NCBI GenBank assembly: GCA_025054615.1
Contig: JANWZO010000009.1
Span: 25,117 to 89,116, forward strand
Direction: 5' to 3'
DNA: 64,000 nt
Source of the DNA: Kiritimatiellia bacterium
GTDB taxonomy: Bacteria; Verrucomicrobiota; Kiritimatiellia; CAIVKH01
Shown here: in pieces, positions 18,898 through 27,935 of the stretch
Layout of the letters: each line of letters begins with the position of its first letter
Position numbering within the stretch: position 1 is the stretch's first letter
Notes under the pieces: generated by a model
Databases searched by the model: none
Seen by the model: only the letters and a program-made list of their open reading frames with translations
What the model was told of the DNA's origin: nothing
Made by a program: the position numbers and the translations under genes

Positions 18898-19272
18898 GTG
18901 AACATATTCGTAGGAAATCTGCCGTACAGTGCGACGGACATGGACCTGCGGGCCGCGTTTGAGGCCCATGGAACGGTGACATCGGCCAGTGTCATCTTGG
19001 ACAAATTTACGGGGAAATCGCGTGGGTTTGGCTTCGTCGAAATGCCGAACCGCGAGGAGGCTCTCGCTGCCATTGCGGCGCTCAATGAAAAGCAGATGAA
19101 CGGCCGCGCGCTTCGCGTCAACGAGGCTCAGCCTCGTGAGGAACGCCCTCGGCGCGAGCGCAGGGATTGGCAACAGAGCCGGCCTGATCGCCAGGATCGC
19201 TTTGCTCGCAACGAACGCGGCGGCCATCGCGGTGGGTTCCGCGGCGAACGCGGATTCCGCAACAATTACTAA
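18898..19272 (+). CDS. RRM-type RNA-binding protein with an Arg/Gly-rich tail
   Basis: NIFVGNLPY (RNP-2) and RGFGFVEM (RNP-1). The C-terminus reads RERRDWQQSRPDRQDRFARNERGGHRGGFRGERGFRNNY. The start codon is GTG. Confidence 0.9.
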   Translation: MNIFVGNLPYSATDMDLRAAFEAHGTVTSASVILDKFTGKSRGFGFVEMPNREEALAAIAALNEKQMNGRALRVNEAQPREERPRRERRDWQQSRPDRQDRFARNERGGHRGGFRGERGFRNNY

Positions 19273-19492
19273 TTTACGTTCTGCTAGGGATCTTGGTTCC
19301 CGTTGCCGGGCGGCGCGGCCCGCATTAGCTGCTCATTGCACCTTCGGCCGCGCCCGCTAGGGGAGTGCTGTTATTGGAAACGAGACTTCTCCCGATCCCG
19401 ATGCCAAAGATCAGAGAGGGTTGTTGTCTGGTTTCCTGTTCAGGGACGATACTGCAAGTGGCTACAATACGGTTCGGACCGGCCGCTGCGAA

Positions 19493-20266
19493 CTAACATT
19501 CCTCCCAAGCAGAGCGGAAATCCTCGAGGACTTCGTGGTGTGTCAGGTCAAACCACAGCGGCGTGAGAGAGACGAATCCCTCTTCCAGAGCGCGAATGTC
19601 CGTTCCGCGTCCGTCCCCGAGCAGTTCCATATCTCCATCCATCCAGTAATACACGTTGTTTCGCGGATCAGTCCGACGATGGAAAACTTCGACAAAGCGT
19701 GAGCGGCCCATGCGGGTCACGCGATATCCTTTCAACTGTTCAAAAGGGATGTTCGGTACGTTGACGTTCAACAGAGTTTCGGGCGGAAGGCCGCGTTTGG
19801 CGATCTTGGGCACGAGGTCGCGAGCGACGCGTGCCGGCGTGTCCCAGATGGGATTGGTGAAGGTGGCGAGGGAGATGGCGACGCTGGGAATCCCAATGAT
19901 GGTGCCCTCCGTGGCGGCGGATACGGTTCCAGAATAAATCACGCTGATCCCGGCGTTCGGACCGAGATTGATTCCACTGACCACGAGGTCCGGCCGTCGT
20001 GGCAGCAGGGCATAGACGGCGAGCTTGACGCAATCGGCCGGCGTTCCGCCAACCGCGTAGCCGAAAAAATGGCCGTCTCGTTCGACCGGCTTGCACTTGA
20101 TAGGGTTGTACAGCGTGATCGCATGACCCACTGCGCTCTGCTCGGCGTGCGGGGCGACGACGTGCACCTCGCCGAGGTCGCGGACAGCCTGATACAGCGC
20201 TCCGATGCCGGGCGCGAAAATTCCATCATCGTTGCTGACCAAAATGATCATGCCGCGAATCTGCAC
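19493..20266 (-). CDS. surE: 5'/3'-nucleotidase SurE
   Basis: ILVSNDDGIFAPGIGAL..SGINLGPN..YSGTVSAA. The true start is probably the second Met (MIILVSNDDG) at 20251. Confidence 0.9.
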   Translation of the reverse strand: MQIRGMIILVSNDDGIFAPGIGALYQAVRDLGEVHVVAPHAEQSAVGHAITLYNPIKCKPVERDGHFFGYAVGGTPADCVKLAVYALLPRRPDLVVSGINLGPNAGISVIYSGTVSAATEGTIIGIPSVAISLATFTNPIWDTPARVARDLVPKIAKRGLPPETLLNVNVPNIPFEQLKGYRVTRMGRSRFVEVFHRRTDPRNNVYYWMDGDMELLGDGRGTDIRALEEGFVSLTPLWFDLTHHEVLEDFRSAWEEC

Positions 20267-20326
20267 GGGCAGCGAATTTCGAACAAGCGGGAAAATATCT
20301 TCAGCCCATGCGCCCGGTCCGGCACA

Positions 20327-21814
20327 TTATCCGTTTTTCCGGTCCCAGACGGTCAGCCCCGGTTTCAAGATCGGCGCCGGCATCAGGCGGCTTCCGGCGT
20401 AGCCGACCAATAGGGTTATCATCAGCGAACAGGGGAAATAATAGATCCAATGGATTGCCGTCCGGTGTTGCAGGAACAAATTGGCGGCCACCGCGAGGGC
20501 GGCGCCGGCGACCCATGGCTCGAACCGGGCTCGCCTACTCAGCATGCCCAGCAAAAACAAAGCGAGGATCGGCGCATTGAAGAGGCTGATGAGGCTCGTG
20601 TAGGCCTTGATCAGGTGCCCGAAACTCGCGATGTAAAACGAGACCGCAGTCGCCAAAACACCCAGCGCGAAGGTCAGCGCGCGCGCGAGCTTTAGGTCCG
20701 CCGATTCTCCGCGTTCTCGTTTGCGAAGAGGACGGATGAAATCATTGACCAGCACTGTCGAGATGCAACTGATGCCGGAATCCACGCTCGACATGGCCGC
20801 GGCGAAGAGCGCGGTGATCAGAAGGCCCGAAACGCCGTCCGGCAGGGCGTGGATGATGTAATACGGCAGGATTTGGTCTCGCGCTAGATGGTCGGGCAAT
20901 CGGTCGGGGAAGGCTTGATGGTAGGCGAATAATCCGAGACCCACGAAAAGGAGCGATGAAATGATCGCGAAATCGACGGCGGCGTTGAAAAAGATTGCCC
21001 GCGCGATTCCCCGCATCGTCGGCACCGCCATCATCCGCTGCACCGTTGTCTGGTCCGTCCCATAATCCTGCATCAGTTTGAAAAAGTACGTCAGGCCGAC
21101 CACGATCCCGCTCATGGAGTACAGATCAAATTTCCAGTTGAGCACGTGCAGCCGGCCAGTCTCGGCCGCGGTCGCCAGGATCGACTCCGCCCCACCCGGC
21201 ACGCGGCTCACCAGGGTCGCGATCAGCCAGAATACGCCGCCGACCATGATCACGAATTGAACCACGTCTGTCCAAATATCGGCGGCGAGACCGCCGAGCG
21301 TCGTGTAGATGGTTGCCAGTAACCCCATCGCGACAAGGCAGAGCGTCAGGGAAATGCCTGTGACCGTCGAGAGCGCAAGAGCCGGGGCGTAAATCACGGT
21401 TCCTAGCCAGCCGAGCCGGGCCAAGACGAAGAGACCCGAGACACAAAACCGCGCCGCCCGTCCGAAACGGGCGTCGATGTATTCATACGAAGTGGTGACG
21501 CGTAGGCGGTGGTAAAACGGATAGAACAACACGACCAGAAACGGAGCGACCAACGGGCTCACGAGGCTGACGACCAGAAACGAGATGTTTTCGTGATAGG
21601 CCGTCGCAGGAAGCGCCATGAAGGTGATCGCGCTGGTCAGCGAGGCATACATGCTCATGCCCACGACGAGCCACGGCATCCTCCGGCCGGCAAGGAAGTA
21701 ATCCTCCGTATTTCGCTGCCTTCGGGCAAATCGGATGCCCACCACGATCATCCCGAGCAGGTAGGTCGCCAGTATGGTGTAATTCAGCGGGCTGAAACCG
21801 GCCGTCGCATTCAT
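20327..21814 (-). CDS. Sodium:solute symporter family (SSF) transporter
   Basis: MNATAGFSPLNYTILATYLLGMIVVGIRFARRQRNTEDYFLAGRRMPWLVVGMSMYASLTS is the SSF N-terminal signature. The ORF is nominally open to 22330, but that extension overlaps the EEP gene in another frame. The ATG at 21814 lies 4 nt after the upstream stop. Confidence 0.85.
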   Translation of the reverse strand: MNATAGFSPLNYTILATYLLGMIVVGIRFARRQRNTEDYFLAGRRMPWLVVGMSMYASLTSAITFMALPATAYHENISFLVVSLVSPLVAPFLVVLFYPFYHRLRVTTSYEYIDARFGRAARFCVSGLFVLARLGWLGTVIYAPALALSTVTGISLTLCLVAMGLLATIYTTLGGLAADIWTDVVQFVIMVGGVFWLIATLVSRVPGGAESILATAAETGRLHVLNWKFDLYSMSGIVVGLTYFFKLMQDYGTDQTTVQRMMAVPTMRGIARAIFFNAAVDFAIISSLLFVGLGLFAYHQAFPDRLPDHLARDQILPYYIIHALPDGVSGLLITALFAAAMSSVDSGISCISTVLVNDFIRPLRKRERGESADLKLARALTFALGVLATAVSFYIASFGHLIKAYTSLISLFNAPILALFLLGMLSRRARFEPWVAGAALAVAANLFLQHRTAIHWIYYFPCSLMITLLVGYAGSRLMPAPILKPGLTVWDRKNG

Positions 21815-21818
21815 GCGT

Positions 21819-22775
21819 TCATTCCCGCACGGAGGCGGATTTTGCGTCCAGCGAAATTTCGAACAACTGCCGCCGATGGTCGCTGAGGGGGGAGTCGCGC
21901 AGCCGGTAGCGGTGGATGACGATATTCGTGGAAATCCACGCATGGTCGATCGAATAGAGAGGGATGGGCAGGGGCCAGGTGTAGGGCCATCCCTGCCCCG
22001 CGGATTCAAAAGCGTGAACGAGATGCCTGCGGAAAGGTCGGAAGGCTCGGGCGTCTCGGGGCGTGTTGAAATCTCCCATAAGCACCAGCGGCGTCGGATC
22101 CTTCCTCTCCTCAAGCCATTTCGCCAAAGGGGCCAGCGACGCGGTCCGGTCGATGAGTGGGTGGCTGACGATGTCCGCGCAGACGACATCGAGCTCCCCC
22201 TGAGGAGTCTGTAGGCGGACGGCCCATGCCCAGCCGTTCTCGATTGGGACGGAGGGAAGGGTGAAGAAGGAATATCTCGAAAGGAGAGCCATGCCGTCGC
22301 CGGAGCGCGCGAAGGGCAGGCCCAGCTCACGCTTTGAGTAAAACGGTAGGTCGATTACATTTCGGGCCTCGGACAGCATCACCACGTCCGGACGGTACGG
22401 CGCGATTGTTTGGAGAACGGGGACGATACCCGCGTGGGCGCGCGCGATATTCCAGTGGACAATCCGGAGCGCATCGTCGGGTGGCTTCTGAGGTCGGTTC
22501 CAGCGGGCATCGATCACGGCCGTTCGCACCATGGCGGCCCCGGTCATCGCGATGAGAAAAAGTTTGCGATGGATGGACGCGCGTCGGATGTGGATGAGGA
22601 TCTCCAACAGGCCCCATGCGGCGATGAGCGGCGCCGGAATGAAATAGAGCCAGAGCCAAGGCGGCGGTTGCTCATTGAGAATCCAGCCGGCGAGCCAGGC
22701 GCAACTGGCAAGGGGAAACAGAAAGCGGCGAACCGTTCGGAGGCTGATGGTGACGATCCTGGCGGCCGCTTTCAT
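21819..22775 (-). CDS. Membrane-anchored endonuclease/exonuclease/phosphatase (EEP) family protein, catalytic residues intact
   Basis: Three N-terminal hydrophobic helices, then RIVHWNI, VVMLSEA, LMGDFNTPR, YSIDHAW and LSDHRR (canonical EEP N, E, D-x-N, D and D-H positions). Confidence 0.8.
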   Translation of the reverse strand: MKAAARIVTISLRTVRRFLFPLASCAWLAGWILNEQPPPWLWLYFIPAPLIAAWGLLEILIHIRRASIHRKLFLIAMTGAAMVRTAVIDARWNRPQKPPDDALRIVHWNIARAHAGIVPVLQTIAPYRPDVVMLSEARNVIDLPFYSKRELGLPFARSGDGMALLSRYSFFTLPSVPIENGWAWAVRLQTPQGELDVVCADIVSHPLIDRTASLAPLAKWLEERKDPTPLVLMGDFNTPRDARAFRPFRRHLVHAFESAGQGWPYTWPLPIPLYSIDHAWISTNIVIHRYRLRDSPLSDHRRQLFEISLDAKSASVRE

Positions 22776-22789
22776 GGATGACGGGGCCT

Positions 22790-23728
22790 TCAGCGGTTCA
22801 AAGGAGCTGGATGTCGAAGGATGGCAAAATGACGAAGATGCGGGGCATAGCGCGACCAGCGATATCCTGCGTTATAAACGGCGAACTCATCCGTGGCCCA
22901 CAGATGATATCGCGAATACATCGGGAACCAAGAGGGCGACGAATAGGGGAGTCCGAACCCGCCTCGTTCAAAGACCGGGGTGAGGTCGCGCCGGAGAGGT
23001 CGCCAAATGGCATCGGTCCGATCGCGAATTCCGCCTGCGGCAAGCACCAGGGGTCGATTGCTTGAAATGAATTGCAGAAGCACTGCCATGTCCGTTTTTT
23101 GGGGTGGCGCCGTCTGCTCAATAGCGAGCAGATGATACGTGCCTGCTGGGTCGAAGATTCGACAAAAAAGCCATCGGTCCGCCACGGCCTCGGGCACCGG
23201 CAGCCGTTCGATCGGGAAGCGAGACAGGATCAGCATGGATTTTCCGCCATGGCGAAATCGCAGGCGAAGCTCTCGGATGCCGCCCCGTTGTGCCGCTCGC
23301 TCGCGGATCCATAAGGGCGGGTAATAAAGCACGACCGCATGCGGAAGCTCGCGCTCCATCTCGCTAAGCAGCGCCGGATTTTCTATTCCCGGGTCAAGGG
23401 CCCATTGGACGATCCTCAAGGCATGGCCGCGGGGTGAGGATCCTGAACGAGTGAGCAGCGCCGTATCCCTTACAAATGCCGACAAGCAGCCCACTGTGAT
23501 AGTCGCCATCAGCAGGCGGAGCCACTGGCGGGCGGTGCGCCAGGCGACGGCTATCCAGACGACCGCCGACGCGCTGGAGATCAGCGGTGAAATCCATCGG
23601 GCCCAGTGCGGGGCGTTCGCATCGAGCATCGGCCACCAGACGGCGAGGCCTGCGACGGCCACCGGCGCGGCAAGGAGGGCCATCCACCGCGTGGCCGCGG
23701 CGGCCCGCGGCTGGGCGCGCGACGTCAC
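22790..23728 (-). CDS. Membrane-anchored EEP-fold paralogue with degenerate catalytic positions (probable pseudoenzyme)
   Basis: Same architecture and colinear similarity to the neighbouring gene. The motifs read RIVQWAL, VVLYYP, LAAGGIRDR, YSRYHLW and YAPHLR. The start overlaps the PhoH stop (ATGA). Confidence 0.7.
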   Translation of the reverse strand: MTSRAQPRAAAATRWMALLAAPVAVAGLAVWWPMLDANAPHWARWISPLISSASAVVWIAVAWRTARQWLRLLMATITVGCLSAFVRDTALLTRSGSSPRGHALRIVQWALDPGIENPALLSEMERELPHAVVLYYPPLWIRERAAQRGGIRELRLRFRHGGKSMLILSRFPIERLPVPEAVADRWLFCRIFDPAGTYHLLAIEQTAPPQKTDMAVLLQFISSNRPLVLAAGGIRDRTDAIWRPLRRDLTPVFERGGFGLPYSSPSWFPMYSRYHLWATDEFAVYNAGYRWSRYAPHLRHFAILRHPAPLNR

Positions 23729-25020
23729 AAGAGGTTTGCGGCAAGTTCGGCCACTTCCGAACGAACCCCTCGGCCGAGGACGATATGCGCCGCCACGTTG
23801 TAGGGGCGGAATTTTTCAACAATCGAAGTCAGGCCGTTGGACATGCTGTCGAGAAACGGATTGTCGATCTGATAGATATCGCCGGTCAGCACGATTTTGG
23901 TGCCGGGTCCCACGCGCGTGAGGACCGTCTTGGCCTCCAGCGGCGTCAGGTTTTGTGCCTCGTCCACGACGATGTATTGGTTAGGAATGCTGCGACCCCG
24001 GATGTAGGTCAGCGGCTCGATCCCAACGCGGTCGTCGTCGTCTCGGGCGAGTCCGTCGCGGCTGCGTTTCCAGATTCGGCCGCCGGTGGATAGGAAATCC
24101 AGCGCGTCGTAGATCGGCTGCATCCACGGATTCAGTTTCTCCTCCACAGTGCCGGGCAGATAGCCGATGTCCTTCCCCATCGGTACGGTGGGTCGGCAGA
24201 TCAGCATTCGACGATAGCGTTTTTCGTGTAGCGTCTTATAGACCGCAGCGGCCACCGCCAACAGCGTTTTGCCAGTGCCCGCCTTGCCGATGATGGTCAC
24301 AACCTTGATGTTGTCATTGAGCAGCGCGTCGATCGCATAGTGCTGCTCCTTGTTTCGGGGCTGGACCGGTTTGATCTCATCGGGACTGGGAATCAGCGGC
24401 ACGAGAGATTTCGTTTCGCCGTCGAATCGAACCAGGACGGTGTGATTCGCATCCGCCTCAGACCGCAACATGACGTACTCATTGGGTGAGAGCGCGGCTT
24501 GTGCTGGCGGGTCGACCTTCCCGTCGCGTCGGAACGCCTCGAGCACATCGGCCGGGACGGTCAGCTCCGTGTGGCCGGTGTACAGCTCGGAGATGTCCAC
24601 CCTGTCGCTCTCGTAATCCTCCGCGTCCAGCCCGAGCGCATCGGCCTTGAGCCGGAGGTTGATGTCCTTCGTAACTACAATGCAGGGAAGCGGCTCCTGT
24701 TTCGACAGTTGCATCGCCAGTTCCAGAATCTGGTCATCAGCCGACAGGCCGTTTTTGTACGTCGGACCCGGGAAGGCGATCCGCAACTGGCCACCTCCCG
24801 GAAGGTCGACGCCCTTGTTGAGCTTGCCGTATTGCCGCAGCTCATCGAGGAGGCGCGAAACATGACGGGCGTTTCGGCCCAGCTCCGTCTGGTCTTTTTT
24901 GAAATGGTCGATTTCCTCAATGACCTTTAGCGGGATGATGACATTGTTGTCCTTGAACCGCTGGATGGCAGTGGCCTCGTGTAGAAGAACGTTGGTGTCG
25001 AGAATGAAGTTTTTCTTCAT
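23725..25020 (-). CDS. PIN domain plus PhoH-like ATPase (YlaK-type)
   Basis: FILDTNVLLHE..IPLKVIEEID (PIN) and GKAGTGKTLLAVAAA (Walker A), with VVDEAQNLTP and LTGDIYQID as PhoH-family motifs. Confidence 0.85.
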   Translation of the reverse strand: MKKNFILDTNVLLHEATAIQRFKDNNVIIPLKVIEEIDHFKKDQTELGRNARHVSRLLDELRQYGKLNKGVDLPGGGQLRIAFPGPTYKNGLSADDQILELAMQLSKQEPLPCIVVTKDINLRLKADALGLDAEDYESDRVDISELYTGHTELTVPADVLEAFRRDGKVDPPAQAALSPNEYVMLRSEADANHTVLVRFDGETKSLVPLIPSPDEIKPVQPRNKEQHYAIDALLNDNIKVVTIIGKAGTGKTLLAVAAAVYKTLHEKRYRRMLICRPTVPMGKDIGYLPGTVEEKLNPWMQPIYDALDFLSTGGRIWKRSRDGLARDDDDRVGIEPLTYIRGRSIPNQYIVVDEAQNLTPLEAKTVLTRVGPGTKIVLTGDIYQIDNPFLDSMSNGLTSIVEKFRPYNVAAHIVLGRGVRSEVAELAANLL

Positions 25021-25042
25021 GCGGGGCGTGCGCCTCCGATCG

Positions 25043-26023
25043 CTACATCCACCGTTTGAAACGAAGAATGACGTAGATAATTCCCGTCAAAATCGCATTG
25101 AGCACAAATATATACACATACGCTCCCTTCCAGTCGTGCGATTCTTCGTTTGGATAGTGCTGCAAATTCATGCCGTAAAAACTGGTGATCACGATGATCG
25201 GCAGCGCAAGCGTGGCCAGGACGGTCAGGACCTTCACAACCTTGTTGATCTCGTTCTGCTGGGCGTTGATCTGGAGGGTCATCAGGTTCGTAAGCGAATC
25301 GCGATAGGAATCGGCCTGGTGCCCCAGCCGAACGAGTGTGTCGTGGAGGTCGCGGAAATAGGGCAAGAGGTGTGACCGGATGATCTTGAACTCGCCCCGC
25401 GCGATCCGCCCGATGACATCGCGCTGCGGACTCAGGATCGACCGAAGCCGCGCCACTTCCGCCTTTAGCCTCAATACGTGCAGCAGGAAATCGTCGCCGC
25501 TGGTTTTTAGGAGATTCCTCTCCATTTCTGCGATTTCCATCGAAAGCCGCTCGATGGCGGGATTGTAGCTGTCGAGCAGAAAGTCCAGAAGTGTGTAGGT
25601 GAGCCGGTCCGGAGCGCGCGCGACGGCCGCCGCATTTTTCATCACGCGGTCGATGGTCTGCGCGACACTGCGAAGCGGGCGATCATGGTAAGAGACGAGA
25701 AAATTTTTGCCGATAAAGATGTTGAGCTCGTGAGTCTCAAACCGATGCTCCGAAGCCACGTAATCGACCGCGTGCATCACCAGAAATAAATAGCCCTCGT
25801 ATTCCTCGACCTTGGGCTGTTCAGAAACCGATACGCAGTCCTCGATTGCAAGAGGGTGGAAATTGAAAACCTCCTCGAGGAGAAGCCGGTTTTCTTCCGG
25901 CGTCGATTGCTCCATGTCGATCCAGATTTGCGCGTCTTCTTCGATCAGCATGACCCGGATAAAGTCCAAACCAGGGTCCTGGGCGACGAGCTTGCCGTTG
26001 CTGAAAACGAATGACCGGATCAT
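25043..26023 (-). CDS. corA: Magnesium/cobalt transporter CorA
   Basis: FYGMNLQHYP (GMN motif) followed by two C-terminal TM helices. Length is 326 aa. Confidence 0.9.
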   Translation of the reverse strand: MIRSFVFSNGKLVAQDPGLDFIRVMLIEEDAQIWIDMEQSTPEENRLLLEEVFNFHPLAIEDCVSVSEQPKVEEYEGYLFLVMHAVDYVASEHRFETHELNIFIGKNFLVSYHDRPLRSVAQTIDRVMKNAAAVARAPDRLTYTLLDFLLDSYNPAIERLSMEIAEMERNLLKTSGDDFLLHVLRLKAEVARLRSILSPQRDVIGRIARGEFKIIRSHLLPYFRDLHDTLVRLGHQADSYRDSLTNLMTLQINAQQNEINKVVKVLTVLATLALPIIVITSFYGMNLQHYPNEESHDWKGAYVYIFVLNAILTGIIYVILRFKRWM

Positions 26024-26421
26024 CAGTCGCGGAGTTGCGGTTGAGATTGGACGTCACCTTCAGACTGCTTTGCAACCGATTGCTTGGCAAGGTCTTTTTC
26101 CTCCTGCTCCGGCTCCACCGCGACCGTGAAATAGCGGTTTGCTTTTTTGAAGGGCCGGAATCGGCGCATCGGCCGTCGCAGGTGGGGAAATCGCTTGTGG
26201 AACCAGGCGGACATACGCCGGAACGGTCGCACATGGGGCGCCAGGAGCAGTGCGCCGACCGCAATGAGAAGCGATCCGGGGATGAAGGGAATCAACAGGC
26301 CGAGCGCACCGAGACCCAGGAGCAGCCACCCCGCAACCTGCCTCTTCATGGAAGACCAACCGATCATCTCTCCAGAATACTTCGGCCTCCCAAGGCACGC
26401 CTGCGGTCGGAAAGGCCCCAA
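26023..26421 (-). CDS. Small membrane protein (two hydrophobic helices, basic tail); the start is possibly the Met at 26349
   Basis: WLLLGLGALGLLIPFIPGSLLIAVGALLLAP is followed by an Arg-rich segment. The stop shares one nt with the corA start (TGATG). No family is recognised with confidence. Confidence 0.45.
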   Translation of the reverse strand: MGPFRPQACLGRPKYSGEMIGWSSMKRQVAGWLLLGLGALGLLIPFIPGSLLIAVGALLLAPHVRPFRRMSAWFHKRFPHLRRPMRRFRPFKKANRYFTVAVEPEQEEKDLAKQSVAKQSEGDVQSQPQLRD

Positions 26422-26457
26422 GCTATCTGGCTTCTCTCGATGAGCGTTTCCGCCGGC

Positions 26458-27768
26458 CTAAAGCGAGACGTATCGAAATCCAAGTTTGACCGCCTGGTCT
26501 CGAGAGAAAAACTTCTTAATGTCTACAAGGACAGGTGTCCTGCAGACCGCACGAAGATCTTTCAGCTTCAGTTTTTTGAAGGCGTTGTGCTTGTTGATCA
26601 CTACGATGGCGTCAATATCGCGTGCCTGCTCCGGAGTCGTCGTTTCCAGATTGAATTTTCGCTTGAGAATTTCCGGGGTTCCGAGAGGTTCCCAGGCGGT
26701 AACGTGGCAGCCGAACCCGCGGAGATAGGTCACGACGTCCTCCGCCTTGGTGTTGCGGAAATCTGGCACATTTTCCTTGAACGTCATTCCGAGCACCCAG
26801 ACATTCGCCTCCTTGGGCAGCCGCCCTGCGGCCACCATTTCCCGGATGCACAATTCCCCGACATATGGGCCCATCGAATCGTTGATGCGCCTGCCGGCGA
26901 GAATAACCTCGGGGTGATAGCCCAGCATCAGCGCACGGTGCGTCAGATAATACGGATCCACCCCGATGCAGTGGCCGCCGACCAGACCGGGGTGATATTT
27001 GTGGAAATTCCACTTCGTTGAGGCCGCCTCGATTACCTCATAGGTGTCTATGCCCATTCGCGCGAAAATCTTCGACAGCTCGTTCATCAGCGCGATGTTG
27101 AGATCGCGCTGCACGTTCTCGATAACCTTCGCGGCTTCAGCCGTCTTGATGTTCGAGGCCAGGTGCAGGCCCGCCTTCACAATCTGGCGGTAAAGAGCTG
27201 CGCATCGCTTTAACGCTTTTTCGTTGTGGCCGCTGACGACTTTGACCACGTTCGAAACTGTGTGCTCTTTGTCGCCTGGATTCACGCGCTCCGGAGAGTA
27301 GGCGAGGTCAAACTCGCCCAGCTTCAGCCCGGAATACTTCTCTAGAATCGGCAGACAGATTTCTTCCGTCACGCCGGGATAGACCGTGCTTTCATATACG
27401 ACCATGGTGCCGCGCCGCATCACCTTGCCGATCATCTCCGACGAGTGGATCAAGGGATCCAGGTCCGGCTCCTTTGCCAGATTCACGGGCGTTGGGACCG
27501 CGACGATAATCGTCGTGCAACGAGCCAGGTCGTGCGGGTCGCTTGTGAACGTCAGGTTTGGATGCTTGAGGTCTTTCGGGTCGGCCTCGCCGGTATGGTC
27601 GCGGCCCGACCGCAACTCCTCAACCCGCACGTCCCGAATGTCATACCCGACGACCTCCGTGATCTTCGAAAAGGCGATCGCAAGCGGGATTCCCACATAC
27701 CCGAGGCCAACAATTCCTACGATCTCCCGGTCCGAGGCGTTTTTTTTCGGCATAGAATTGTTCTCCAC
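26458..27768 (-). CDS. Nucleotide-sugar dehydrogenase (UDP-glucose/GDP-mannose dehydrogenase family; UDP-N-acetyl-hexosamine dehydrogenase-like)
   Basis: VGIVGLGYVGIPLA (Rossmann fold), GLVGGHCIGVDPYYL (catalytic Cys context) and a length of 436 aa. Confidence 0.85.
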   Translation of the reverse strand: MENNSMPKKNASDREIVGIVGLGYVGIPLAIAFSKITEVVGYDIRDVRVEELRSGRDHTGEADPKDLKHPNLTFTSDPHDLARCTTIIVAVPTPVNLAKEPDLDPLIHSSEMIGKVMRRGTMVVYESTVYPGVTEEICLPILEKYSGLKLGEFDLAYSPERVNPGDKEHTVSNVVKVVSGHNEKALKRCAALYRQIVKAGLHLASNIKTAEAAKVIENVQRDLNIALMNELSKIFARMGIDTYEVIEAASTKWNFHKYHPGLVGGHCIGVDPYYLTHRALMLGYHPEVILAGRRINDSMGPYVGELCIREMVAAGRLPKEANVWVLGMTFKENVPDFRNTKAEDVVTYLRGFGCHVTAWEPLGTPEILKRKFNLETTTPEQARDIDAIVVINKHNAFKKLKLKDLRAVCRTPVLVDIKKFFSRDQAVKLGFRYVSL

Positions 27769-27935
27769 TGGTGATTGCGCAGGGCCTGTAATTTACAGAC
27801 GATGGAAAACGGCTGAAGCAATTTTTACAGAGAATGGAAATTATCGAAGGAGATTGGCCGTCAGCCTTTCCGCATGCCAGGACATGATCCGCCCGGGAAT
27901 TCTCAGCGCACCGGCGCCGACCCGATGGGGAAACC

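Noticed and set aside
19311-19353. Inverted repeat GGCGCGGCC ... GGCCGCGCC between the convergent RRM gene and surE, considered as a bidirectional terminator
   Set aside because: The loop is about 25 nt and neither side has a U-tract, so I cannot support an intrinsic terminator call.
21815-22330. N-terminal 172-codon extension of the SSF transporter ORF (nominal ORF 20327-22330)
   Set aside because: The extension overlaps the well-supported EEP gene in another frame and translates to Pro/Ser/Arg-rich sequence. The SSF signature begins at the Met at 21814, 4 nt after the EEP stop.
26011-27021. 336-aa plus-strand ORF antisense to the small membrane protein and the nucleotide-sugar dehydrogenase
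   Set aside because: It is antisense to a gene with clear Rossmann and catalytic-Cys motifs. It has no recognisable motifs of its own and an Arg-rich composition.
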